A stretch of 64,000 nucleotides of DNA from Octopus sinensis. Lineage: Eukaryota. Below, piece by piece: positions 1-11,381 of the stretch. The position numbers were made by a program, and so were the translations under genes. The notes below the pieces were generated by a model. It did no database searches and had not been told where the DNA came from. It worked only from the letters and a program-made list of their open reading frames with translations. The stretch is from contig NC_043000.1 in assembly GCF_006345805.1 (NCBI RefSeq), forward strand, positions 27,838,001 to 27,902,000, in the 5' to 3' direction. Each line of letters starts with the position of its first letter. The first letter of the stretch is position 1.

Positions 1-653
1 TTGCAGCCTTCTAAACATATGTAGAAAATAATATAAAGGAATTTTGTTAAATCTTCGTTCAGCTCCATTTCTTCCAACACTTAATATATAAAACTTCAAA
101 TTTCCGCACTAAGGCACGGTTTTTATGCCCCATGGTCGTAACTTCAACCGTGCTTTTTCTGTTGTGATTTTTGCTACCCAGGTATCGGTTATATATTTGT
201 GTATGTATATCTTGTTCTCCTTGTCCTGTCTCTCACTGTTATATATTTATTTTTCCACTGTTTATATATATATTTTTTACTGTTTATATGTTTGTACTGT
301 CGTTACCGTCTTGCTTTTTTTTACCCCTCTGCGAAAAGATCTCAGAATTTTAATTGATTTGCTTTTCGCAGGAAGGAAGTTTTCTTCGAAGTATACGTCT
401 CGCTTTTATCCTTCGAAACGTTTAGTAGATGAAACCTTAGCGACTGAAGAAGGGGATTTTTCGTTGTGCTTATTGTCCTGTATCTCTTTTTTTGCTTGTC
501 TTGTTCCTTGGTTTGTGTGTATGTTTTTCGTCTCTCTATGTGTTCGACGTCTTTTTGGTGTCCTGTACACATATATGCGTGTATATGTACATGTAGGGTA
601 GGTACGTACATATATGTTTATATATATGCATGTGTTCTATTTTATTAACATAT

Positions 654-726
<73 letters not shown>

Positions 727-867
727 TTTATATATGTGTATATATATTAATTAACAATTGAGGATAAAATCTTTAAAAGAAATTATCAGTAGTCAGCGTG
801 AAAAACCTCGTAAGAGAAAAAATCCGTAAATTCTTCCCCTTTGAAAATATTCAAGTATATGTATATA

Positions 868-938
<71 letters not shown>

Positions 939-996
939 TATATATATTGTGTATGTATAAATCTATACATATACATGTGTATATATATTTTTATAT

Positions 997-1250
997 AAAC
1001 TTAGATAAACTTATATATGTTTCGACCAATGATTGGTCCAGGCCATGTCTAACATAATGGCACCACCTGATAGGATTATTTGAATCCTGTTTAAGTCGAG
1101 TTTTGTTTATGGTCCATTCACGTAGTGAGTTTTTGTTGGGTGAGTTGTATCCAATTATGGGTGGCTTATCTGGTATTCCTCAAAGGAAAATATCCAGACT
1201 CCGTTTAAAGTTGATAGGATCCTGTTCCTCTTTGATCTCTTTCAAATTAG
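997..1250 (-). mobile_element. CR1/L2-type LINE 3' end fragment
   Basis: Reverse complement aligns with 58420-58645 (cctatcaggtggtgc...ggtcgaaacatat..ttatctaagtt). Confidence 0.6.
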
Positions 1251-1287
1251 AAAAAATACCTGTAAGTTTGGAATAATATTCCCTCAA

Positions 1288-1318
<31 letters not shown>

Positions 1319-1348
1319 TATTATTATTATATTATTATATTAATATTA

Positions 1349-1388
<40 letters not shown>

Positions 1389-1417
1389 AAAAAAAAGCAA
1401 CAAGAATGGATTAAAAT

Positions 1418-1503
1418 CTCGGTACGATCGTTTCGTACGAGGACATCTTTAATAAGCTACAAAAAATGCAGTGAATACAGATGGCTCGTACTCGTCAGCC
1501 GAA
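1418..1503 (-). ncRNA. Type I hammerhead ribozyme
   Basis: Minus strand: ttcgg CTGACGA gtacgag..ctcgtac GAAA cgatcg TA ccgag. Intact core, 7-bp stem II, palindromic stem III, GUA triplet. Confidence 0.9.
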
Positions 1504-1576
1504 AAAACATCAGAGAATTCCCAAACATCAAAAGGGGTAGATACAAAAGAGGTTGTAAGATTAACTGCATTGAAGA

Positions 1577-2020
1577 AAGTTCGATTCATGGAGATCCGAT
1601 GAAAGGTTTAAACTTAAAATTTGTGCATGTCTACATATAGCTCATAGATTTTAATAAGAAGTGTGAGAAATTTCGGATACAGTCATGCAAAATTTCTGAA
1701 AATCCGAGTAAGAGGCAAAGTGACTGCCATATCATGTAGAGGAAAGTCTGAGTAAAAGCAAAGTGACTGTCATATCGTGTAGAGGAACAGATTGTTATTG
1801 AAATTTACAAGAATCGCAGATAAGTTCGATTCTTGGAGATCCGATGAAAAGTCTTGAACTTACAGAATATGTGCATGTCCTTATAGTTCATAATCCAGTT
1901 TTGTGAAGAGATTTAGGGTACAATCATGCGAAAATATCAGGGAATCCGAATGAGAAGCAAAATGACAGTCTTATATTGTAGAGGTGCCTGTTGTTAATGA
2001 ATTTTACAAGAATCACAGAG
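1577..2020. repeat. Diverged tandem duplication (~245-bp period) in PLE 3' region
   Basis: aagttcgattc(a/t)tggagatccgatgaaa recurs at ~1577 and ~1822 with continuing similarity. Confidence 0.75.
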
Positions 2021-2719
2021 AGAGGGGGAGAAGGAAGTAGGATTTAATCAGTTACTGCTATTAGAGCTATCAAAGAGAAAGGAAAGGGGAACCTAAGGGG
2101 ATGGACACAAGTTGATACTACCAGAAAATCTAAGCTTGTTTAGTGCAAAATTCGAACTGAGGTCAACAATTTATTTCTTTATTTATAAATGTTACTATTA
2201 ATAGAATGTCAGGTTACAATGAGAGGTCAATTAGAAAGGAAAGAAAAATGGGGTTGTTCTTTAATGAAATCAAACAATTATATTATTAATATACTATACT
2301 ATAATACACTACACTATATCATATTATATTATTTTATATTATATTATATCGCATTACAATACACTACGATAGGTCTGGGATTAGCAGAATTAATTATTAG
2401 TGTAAAAGAAACTAATAGATTTAACTAACTAATATTTATATATGGGTTAAAAAATAGACTAGGAAATGGGGATAAAAATAGAGCAAAATTTTAATTAAAA
2501 TTAATAATATGGTCCAATAGACATAAATCAAATAATTTAAATCGATAAGTATTAAATAGTACCATCAGAGAGAGAAATTATAATCACAGCTAGTTAGATC
2601 TTATCTTTCTAGTTAAATATATAATATACTATGTAGGAGTGATATGTAAGTCAAAGTGAATTTTATGCAAAGTGATTCCAGTATACAGTTATCAATTGAG
2701 ATATCATTTAAAATATCAT

Positions 2720-5668
2720 TTAAAATATTTTAGTCTTAACTCGAGCATGTATACAAGAATTTCCAAGTTCAATTCTGCTGTTTAATTGAATTTCTCCATT
2801 ATTTCTATACATTAGTATTTCAAATGCTTCCATGGAGCAAAGTTGGCAACATACTCTGCTATTTTTATAGGGTTTTGCTCTTCTGACTAATTCCCAATTA
2901 AGGTTATATTTGATATTTTTGTTTTTTAGTTCCCAAATTTTACTAGAAAGAGTGGTGCTATCCGCTTTATGACGTAATTTAAAAGATGAGAGATGGTTAT
3001 TCAATCTCTGTTTAAAATTTACAGTACATCCAACATAAGAGAACTTATTATTATCTGTGGTTACGGAGCACATGTAGATTATGTTAATTAACCCGCATAA
3101 ATCAGGGGCCGGGCATTTTGATTTAATTCTGCAATTACATCTAGGGGCATTATAATTAGAGGTGGAATAACTTGAGGATAGAAGTCTTATGTTACTGTTG
3201 CTCGAAGCAGAGCGGGTAAATTTATCATGATTTTGATTATTGTTATTATCTAAAAAAACTCTATTATTGTAGTTAATATTATTATCTAAAATAGTATTAT
3301 CATTTATAGGTATTCTTATATTTTCATTTGGTTCTAAAGCCCTACTAACATTATTATTATTATTATTGGTGCTGCTATCTAAAATAATGTTATCATTATT
3401 GCAGTTGATGTTATCTCCTAAAGTAGTATTATCATCTGTCGGTATTCCTACACTATCGTTTGGTTCTATAACTCTACTATCATTGTTGATATTGTTGATG
3501 CTATTGGTATTGCTGTCGATATTGTTTTCCAAATGTGTAGTGTTGTTGCTGATAATATTGTTACCCTCATTCACTGTGCTTACATTCCTGGTATTATTCC
3601 TATTATTTACATAATCATTCTTATTTATGTTATTATTGTTGTTAACAATTCCATGGCTTTTGGTTCTATTTATTTTATGACATTCCTTATTATTATTATT
3701 GTTGCAATTATTACTGTCCGTGCTGTTATTACAATTTTCCGTTGTATTTTTATTTTTATTGATTAAATTTTTTCTGGCTAGTTTTATGTTATTATTATTG
3801 ATCTTAGCTATTAAAGTGGACATATTTGGGAGAGTTGAATAAGAAATTCTGACTGTTTTTTTAGAAATAATTTTATGATATCTATGAGAGGATGGGAAAT
3901 TTTTTTCTAGAATTATTTTGAATCTACCCTGAATATCTGATGAAACCGCACAGTTAAAAGGGATGTTTAGCCATATTATGTCTTTCTTATTAAATTTCTT
4001 AGAATTTGAGTTAGGGCTGCTAGAATTTTTCCCACTAGAGTTAGGGTTATTAGAGTTAATGCTACCATCATCAGATTCCTTGTATTTATTAATGTTCCTG
4101 TTAGCATGTTTGCTAGTTTTATCCAAGTTTATTTTATCCTTATTATAAGTATTCCCTGTTATGTTTTTATTAATATTCTTAATATCATTAGGGTACTTTG
4201 CCGTTGTAAATCTATTTCTACTATCATTTCTGGCTTGGTCAATATTGTTGTCTACGTTACTAATAGTGTGTTTCTTAATTTTAATTTTATTTAAGGTTGT
4301 CTTATCAGGGCTATCTGTGTTATGGTCTATGTATTTATCCTTATACTTATTATCATTACGATTAGATGTTGTATTAGATCCACATCTATGTATCTTTTCA
4401 GCTTGATCATTTTTGTTGTTTATGTGGTTATTGCTGTTTAAATTACTTAAATTATTATGATGAGTTCCAAGGTTTTCCGTATCTTCAAATGTAATTTTCT
4501 GGTTATATCCTGCTCTAGATAACGCCTCATTGTAATGTCCCGAGTGTGAGTTAAATATATTAAAATTAGATGATAATTTGGATATTCTTATGGAAATATT
4601 TCTAACTAAGGAATTAATTATATTTGGGGGATGATTAGATAATTTATTTACGTAACTAGTGATTTCACCTTCCTTTCTAAACGGATAATGTAGTTTGGAG
4701 TTAAGGTCTAAAGTGATATCTAGAAAATTAGCTATTTTAATGCTTGGTTCGTAGGTTATGCTAAGGTTGAAATCTTTAAAGAACCTATTAATCTTCTTTT
4801 TTATTCTTTCTATGTGTGATTTATTATTGGTATTGACAACAAACAAAGCATCATCTCTATATAGACCACCTTGCAATTCAGGGATCTCTTTATTAATGCA
4901 TTTCAGTAGATATGCTCCTACTAAATTGGTTACCTCAGCCGAATCACTTGAGCCCATAGGAATATCGAAAAAGTTAGGGGTATCAGCTCTGGTCCATAAT
5001 TTTCCCTCAAACTCAATAAATGTTTTTCTAGCTAAAAGTATAATGTCTATTTCTTCTCTAGATATGAGGGAGCGATTCATCGCGAATATAAGCGATTTAT
5101 TTAATAGGATAGGGGAAATGCTAGAGTAGTAGTTATTTATATCGAACTGAATGAAGGCTAAATTATTCGTATTAGTTAGGGAATTAAACCATTTAAGGAC
5201 CTCATCGGTATTTATCCACAGGCTTAAGGGAAGAAGTGGGGTTATTTGGGGTAAGATATTATCTAGGATAGATTTACTAAGTCGGCCAATATCCGACTTA
5301 GTTGGACAAATGAGTCTTACCGACGGGTTTTCTAGGAAATTCTTTTTATGGTCCTTAAGATTAATCCTAGGTTCGCATGGTACAATTGGTTCAGTTCTGT
5401 CTGCTAGATCATATTTTTCCATAATAGCTTTCATTTCTAAGTTAGTTTCCTTCAATTTTCTCTTGGTTGTAGTTTTGTATTTGGAGTTATATATATATAT
5501 ATATGATTGTATATTTATGCATTCATGCATGTCATCATCCGTCTCTCTTTCATTTGCCTCCTCTTTTGATATTTCATGTCTATTGTATTCTAAATTCTGC
5601 TGTTGAAGTTTTGCTTTTGCTCTCCCGTTTTTTGTTTTCCTTCTCTCCTTATTTGCCTCTTCTTTCAC
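2720..5668 (-). CDS. PLE polyprotein: reverse transcriptase + C-terminal GIY-YIG endonuclease, with two long Asn-rich inserts
   Basis: RT motifs LKDHK..P.VRLICP, FIQFDINNYYSSI, PMGSSDSAE, GLYRDD, NFLDITL. CxCx5C linker (CNCRIKSKC), IIY...YVG...R..NH and terminal CQLC. The first ~60 aa (GTG start, YIYIY) are probably read-through from flank. Cys pattern recalls the Hydra clade; Nematis not excluded. Confidence 0.9.
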   Translation of the reverse strand: MKEEANKERRKTKNGRAKAKLQQQNLEYNRHEISKEEANERETDDDMHECINIQSYIYIYNSKYKTTTKRKLKETNLEMKAIMEKYDLADRTEPIVPCEPRINLKDHKKNFLENPSVRLICPTKSDIGRLSKSILDNILPQITPLLPLSLWINTDEVLKWFNSLTNTNNLAFIQFDINNYYSSISPILLNKSLIFAMNRSLISREEIDIILLARKTFIEFEGKLWTRADTPNFFDIPMGSSDSAEVTNLVGAYLLKCINKEIPELQGGLYRDDALFVVNTNNKSHIERIKKKINRFFKDFNLSITYEPSIKIANFLDITLDLNSKLHYPFRKEGEITSYVNKLSNHPPNIINSLVRNISIRISKLSSNFNIFNSHSGHYNEALSRAGYNQKITFEDTENLGTHHNNLSNLNSNNHINNKNDQAEKIHRCGSNTTSNRNDNKYKDKYIDHNTDSPDKTTLNKIKIKKHTISNVDNNIDQARNDSRNRFTTAKYPNDIKNINKNITGNTYNKDKINLDKTSKHANRNINKYKESDDGSINSNNPNSSGKNSSSPNSNSKKFNKKDIIWLNIPFNCAVSSDIQGRFKIILEKNFPSSHRYHKIISKKTVRISYSTLPNMSTLIAKINNNNIKLARKNLINKNKNTTENCNNSTDSNNCNNNNNKECHKINRTKSHGIVNNNNNINKNDYVNNRNNTRNVSTVNEGNNIISNNTTHLENNIDSNTNSINNINNDSRVIEPNDSVGIPTDDNTTLGDNINCNNDNIILDSSTNNNNNNVSRALEPNENIRIPINDNTILDNNINYNNRVFLDNNNNQNHDKFTRSASSNSNIRLLSSSYSTSNYNAPRCNCRIKSKCPAPDLCGLINIIYMCSVTTDNNKFSYVGCTVNFKQRLNNHLSSFKLRHKADSTTLSSKIWELKNKNIKYNLNWELVRRAKPYKNSRVCCQLCSMEAFEILMYRNNGEIQLNSRIELGNSCIHARVKTKIF

Positions 5669-7334
5669 GTTTCTATAATTGTCAAGTTGTAACCAGCTTC
5701 AGAAAACATGCAGCAGGCGTTTGTCGTTACACGTTGTGAGGAAGAAACTAACAAAAAATGAAGTGAATCTTTATCGCCTCAAATCACAACAAAATACCGG
5801 TAAACAGAACTCCTGATAATCGAATCGTATTTTCCGTTAAAACTAATTCAAAGCAATATCTAAAACATAAACCACAACTGCATATATTAATAGAATGATG
5901 GGAGGTAAATGTGTGCTGGAAATCAGAGATTTAAGACAAAGCCTGACACGAATATACAAATATACATCACATAAAAGACTGATTGCAACAATAAAACCAA
6001 TGTTTTGGATAGAATTTTAGAAAACAATCCAACGGGCGCTATACACATACAGACGTAGAAGGCTATTTAGGCCTATTTGTTGTGACGAACTTAAAATTAC
6101 TGCCATACATCTGATCCTTTTTATTTCATGTCATAATTTAGGAAAACGTAAATTTGTTGGCCCCTGGTTTTCGATTAATATTTAATGATAGTTGCGTTTC
6201 TAAACCGGCAATCAAATTTCGGTAACTTGGTGCAAAAGATTTTTTCTTTTTCTCAGAAAGAACTTCTTTCACATAGTATCGGGTTCTAAAACAATGATTA
6301 CAACATGCGTCGACATACATCACAGAAGACTACGCACACACACACACACACACACACACAAATACACACACACACACTCTCATATATGCAGTCACACACG
6401 CACACAAACACATACACACACAACACACACAGACGCAGACTAAAACACACGCCCCTATACAACAAACTACCAATTGCTATTACGACACATGTTTTCACAG
6501 CTCCTGTCCAACGAACGTCACTTAGAAGGAATCAGTCAGCCAGAGGTTACGTTAGAAGGTTCTTTGTCAAGGTAACACGCAGTGGAATGACAATCAGTCA
6601 CACAGTTATTAACCGAATATTTAATTACCTACACCTTGTCTACAACGCATGTGTACGGCCCTAAGTTATTACAGTTATTTCAGTTTCGGATTCCCTAGTG
6701 AAATTCCTTACTTCTGTAATTGCAATGGCTTTCAGCAGTCAGTAAATCTATATTCTATTTCCATCCATTTGCCGAGATATGCTGGACATAAAAAAATCCG
6801 AATGCCATAAATTGCAATTAATTGCTTTTTAAATTCTTGATTCATATGAGTTCATTAAAAATAAATTTACTCGAAATAATTATTTTCGTCATGACTGGTA
6901 GTTTAAACAGACATAAAGAAACTTTTTTCCTCATCAGACGTATTATGAGATTAAGGCGATGTAGGAGGAAAATACCAGAAGTGAATGTTTGTATATGAAG
7001 TGATCGTTTATAAACCCGAGTTTAGTTTATAAATCTTGGTAATTTAATGTAAGACAGATCCGACAAGCGCAAATGATTCCTACTAAATTTAGACTGCAAA
7101 GATAAGAATATATTGAAATTCGGAACAAATTGATCAGCCCTTGCTCGTTTATATCCTTTCAAATGTTTGAGGAAAGTATTTGTGGCTGTGGATATCCAAT
7201 ACATTCAATAAATTTTTCTTTAAAAGTGCTTCTTTCAGTTTTCTATCTATCTTACCAATATCTGATTTCATATATATAAACAAAAGAACAGGAGTCATCT
7301 TCATTAGTTCACTAGAAGTAATGCACACAGAGTG

Positions 7335-7406
7335 TATGCATATATGTATATATATATATATTCATATATGTCTATATGTATATATATATATATATTCATA
7401 TATGTC

Positions 7407-7460
<54 letters not shown>

Positions 7461-7516
7461 TATATGTATATATGTATATATATATATATATATTCATATA
7501 TGTATATATGTATAGG

Positions 7517-7547
<31 letters not shown>

Positions 7548-7610
7548 TCATATATGTATATATGTATATGTATGTATATATATATATATATATATATATT
7601 CATATATGTA

Positions 7611-7641
<31 letters not shown>

Positions 7642-7652
7642 TCATATATGTA

Positions 7653-7694
<42 letters not shown>

Positions 7695-7700
7695 TATATG

Positions 7701-7733
<33 letters not shown>

Positions 7734-7747
7734 ATATCATATATGTA

Positions 7748-7826
<79 letters not shown>

Positions 7827-7865
7827 GTATGTATATATATATTTATTTATTTATTTATTTATTTA
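7335..7865. repeat. Compound (TA)n / ttcatatatg microsatellite, representative of dozens of simple repeats in the window
   Basis: Directly visible. Confidence 0.95.
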
Positions 7866-7955
7866 TTCATAAAAAGTGTAGGTGGCATACATATATTTAT
7901 TAAAAAAGTAGTTTGAAAACGCCACCATATAAGACAAATTTTAATTTTCTGAGAG

Positions 7956-7995
7956 TTTTTACATGTTTCGGTGAGAAATTGAACCTTATCAAAAA
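7956..7995 (-). ncRNA. Minimal hammerhead with U3-A8 variant core
   Basis: Minus strand: ttt TTGATAA ggt..acc GAAA catg TA aaa; same core in the paralog at 40254-40295. Confidence 0.6.
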
Positions 7996-8524
7996 TATTT
8001 TTAAAAGTTAAATATAATAAAAAATTTCATAATTGTTTCTTACTAGTCTCAACACAGTACACGTGGTGGTGTTTTGTGAGTGGAAACATAATGGTTGTCT
8101 TGTGCGTTGACTAGAATCGTTGGATGTAATAGTCATATATACATATATATATATATATATATATTATCATATATTATATTATACTATATTAGATAAAGAG
8201 AGAGAGGAAGAGATAGGGAAAGAGAGGGACTGGGCAGGGATACGGAGCTGCTGTTTTGTCAGTTGTCAGATGCATCTTGCCTTGAATTATTCTATTTTAT
8301 ATATCTATTTATTTATTGATTGATATTGAAATGAAGTATATGTGGTGAAGTGTTTATAACTTTAATCTTTATACCTATTTTATTTGTTTTTATTTCTATT
8401 TTTCCCCGTTTCCTCAACAAAGTCTTTTGTGTTCAGTATATATATACACATATATGTCTATATATATGTGTATAAATGTATATATATTCACACACATAGA
8501 CACGCGCGCACACACACACACGCA

Positions 8525-8555
<31 letters not shown>

Positions 8556-8779
8556 TGATACCATTCACAACTTATTTTTCAACAAGTTATTACAAGAGGA
8601 TAAACTTGTCCCATATACTAGAGGTGGGATTGAACCTAAATAATGCAATTGCGAAAGAGCTTTCTTGAGTACCCGGATATGTCTACCCTATGCTGCTATT
8701 CCATACCTATTTAATATCATCTGTATATGTTGCCAAACCACAGAACAAACCCATTCGGTTGTCACGATGGGAGAGAGGA

Positions 8780-8965
8780 CCGATACTAACAAACACACAT
8801 AAGGCTGGCTTCCACAGAGTTTCCCTGTATAAAATTCTCTCACAAGGCATTGCTTATTTCAGAGCTATACGAGAAGATATTTGGCCAAGGTGCCCAGCAT
8901 AGGCTTTTGAATTCGAAATCATATAATTACCAAGCAGGCCTTTTAACCACAAGGCTATACCTGCG
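8780..8965 (-). mobile_element. Degenerate tRNA-derived SINE (family B)
   Basis: Weak similarity to the 5' half of the copy at 62265-62651. Confidence 0.5.
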
Positions 8966-9731
8966 TCTCATGCAAACATCTCTTTCTAAATTATTAGAAA
9001 ATTAACCTAATACTGTTAATTATCAAATACCAATGTTTATTCAGAATCAATTCACGACCAAAGATACTAAGGAAATTATTTTAACTGTAAAATCATTGTG
9101 TTAATTGAGCGTATCTTTGTATGTATTAAGTTCTTTAATTACCATGTCAAGGATGGAAAGGCTTCAGAATTTTCTGTTAGAACTCAGTAGATTTCTCTCT
9201 CATTTAATTTAACTTAACAGCTATGAAACTTAACTAGCAATGAAACTTCCATCTGATATTTTCTGATATTTATATCACCGCTCATTTCTTTATATATGTT
9301 ATTTTAAACAAAACTTTGTAGACGTTTTTAATATGTCATTAGCAAATAACATTAAAAGATTACACAACGGAATACATTAAACAACTGCAGTGCATACCTC
9401 TAATTGCAGATGAGATCTGCAATTACTGTTACCGACCCGAGACATACTGTGCCAACATGAAACATAGTTCCAGACCAATCTGCGATCGTCGGTGTCATCG
9501 AAACAACGATGAGAAATAAATTATGCTACCCAACGTCACAATCAACGATATACAGCACTTAAGAACTTTATTACAACAATAAGACAAGAACATTCCTTCA
9601 GGTTAATGCAGACGATAACGTAAATATATGCAAAATGTAATAATTGCAGCTGTCTTGTTCTTTCACTGGCTGATACAAGTAATAAATACATTCAATAAGT
9701 ATCATCATCAACGTCGTAATCATCATCGTCA

Positions 9732-9787
<56 letters not shown>

Positions 9788-10341
9788 GAGTGAGAGAGCA
9801 GTGCATGCCATCAACGTGACACTGGGGTAAAATATACGAAGCCCAATATACCCATCATGACTACCCGTCTGATAAGGGTACACCAGGCACATGCATCACA
9901 ACCATATGTGCGCGACATGGTGATCTCGTATCAAGATAAACAGCACATGACCTTGCAGGTGGGGCCCAGTTAGAATTTTCTTCAGGTTGAGTAACTCATC
10001 CCGCTCAAAAAATCGCTGAATAAGGGTTGTTTAAGGATGTTGAAAGAACCACCCATGTTTCCAGAGGTGAATTATTCAAACTCCAAAGAATCCCTCTCAA
10101 CACATGGCTATGATGCTCCCCCACTACTTCTGCTCGTGATCAGAGATGCACATATCGTCAGCCACTAAGGGACATGCTCAACTGGTTAAGGTCAAACAAC
10201 TGACAAGCAAATTTGTGGTATTGAGCAGAATATTTGCTGTAGCCCATCTTTTGTACCAAGACAAAACAATGTACATGATAACACTTCCAATCAGTTAAGA
10301 TGAGAAGCCATGAGAGCCTCTGCCTGGTAGTGCAGCAGGGC

Positions 10342-10343
<2 letters not shown>
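9788..10343. mobile_element. ~555-bp non-coding interspersed repeat bounded by (TTA)n, copy 1
   Basis: Colinear diverged second copy at 10444-11293; both ends abut (TTA)n. Confidence 0.75.
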
Positions 10344-10407
<64 letters not shown>

Positions 10408-10409
10408 CC

Positions 10410-10442
<33 letters not shown>

Positions 10443-10443
10443 T

Positions 10444-11291
10444 AGAATGACAGAGCATAGCAAGCCATCTGAGTGACAGTGGGGTACAATCATACGAAGC
10501 CCAATGGAGGCGAGCTGGCAGAATCGTTAGCACGCGAGGCGAAATGCACAGCAGTATTTCGTGTGTGTTCATGTTCTGGGTTCACATTCCCCCGAGGTCG
10601 AATTTGCCTTTCATCCTGTCGGGATCGAAAAATTAAGTACCAGTTGCGTACTGGGGTTGATCTAATCGACTGGCACCCTCCCCCAAAATTTCGGGCCTTG
10701 TGCCTAGATTAGAAAAGATTATACTCAATATACTATGATGACTACCTTGCACATGCATCACAACCATTTGTGCAAGGCATGGAGAGCTTATATCAAGGTA
10801 AACAGCGCATGACTTTGTAGGTGGGGGCCCAGTTAGAATGTCCTTCTGGTTGAGTAGCCCATTCCGCTTAAGACGTCCCTGAATGAGAGTTGTTTCAGGA
10901 TGATGAACGAAATACCCATGTTTCCAGATGTAAATTATTCAAATTCCAAAGAATTCCTCTCAACACATGGCTACAATGCTCCCCCCACTATTTCTGCTCG
11001 TGATCAGGAACGCACATATGGTCAGGCACTAAGAAACTTGCTCAAGTAAAGATAAAGCAACTGACAGCTAAATCTGGGGTATCGTCAGCAAATATCTGCG
11101 CTGTAATCTATGCATTTATCGTCAGTTACTAAGGAACATGCTCAACTAGTTAAGGTCAAGTAACTGACAACAGGTCTCTGGTATTAAGCAGAATATTTAC
11201 TGTAGCCTTTTTTTGCTTTATACCAAGACAAAACATGCACATGATATCACTTCAGTTAACATCAAAAGTCAGAGAGCCACAGCATCAGGGC

Positions 11292-11293
<2 letters not shown>
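10444..11293. mobile_element. Same (TTA)n-bounded repeat, copy 2, interrupted by a SINE and with an internal duplication
   Basis: Shares gcacatgcatcacaacca, ctcaacacatggcta and the cagggcat terminus with copy 1. Confidence 0.75.
10506..10722 (+). mobile_element. tRNA-derived SINE (family A)
   Basis: ggcgagctggcagaatcgttagcacg head; matches copies at 20039, 31981 and 34805. Confidence 0.85.

Positions 11294-11380
<87 letters not shown>

Positions 11381-11381
<1 letters not shown>

Larger units (their letters stand above)
1387..5489 (-). mobile_element. Penelope-like retroelement (EN+ PLE), 5'-truncated, between (TA)n tracts; ORF, ~1.3-kb 3' region, hammerhead and short tail
   Basis: Bounded by (TA)n ending at 1386 and starting at ~5490. 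Contains the RT+GIY-YIG ORF and an HHR ~30 nt from the 3' end. Confidence 0.9.

Noticed and set aside
3366-5606. Plus-strand ORFs overlapping the PLE
   Set aside because: Antisense shadows of the biased minus-strand ORF, with no motifs.
5490-5668. N-terminal ~60 aa of the 982-aa ORF as a real domain or host fusion
   Set aside because: It starts at GTG and crosses a (TA)n tract (YIYIY) at the element boundary; chance read-through is more likely.
2720-5668. Telomerase, Naiad-type selenoprotein PLE, or bacterial retron/group II RT
   Set aside because: The C-terminal GIY-YIG and 3' HHR fit an EN+ PLE; there is no N-terminal EN, in-frame UGA or bacterial context.
6900-6945. CTGATGA on the minus strand as a hammerhead
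   Set aside because: No correctly placed GAAA, stem III or stem I.
7180-7916. Many YIYI, poly-I, poly-N, poly-L and poly-R ORFs here and across the window
   Set aside because: They are translations of microsatellites.
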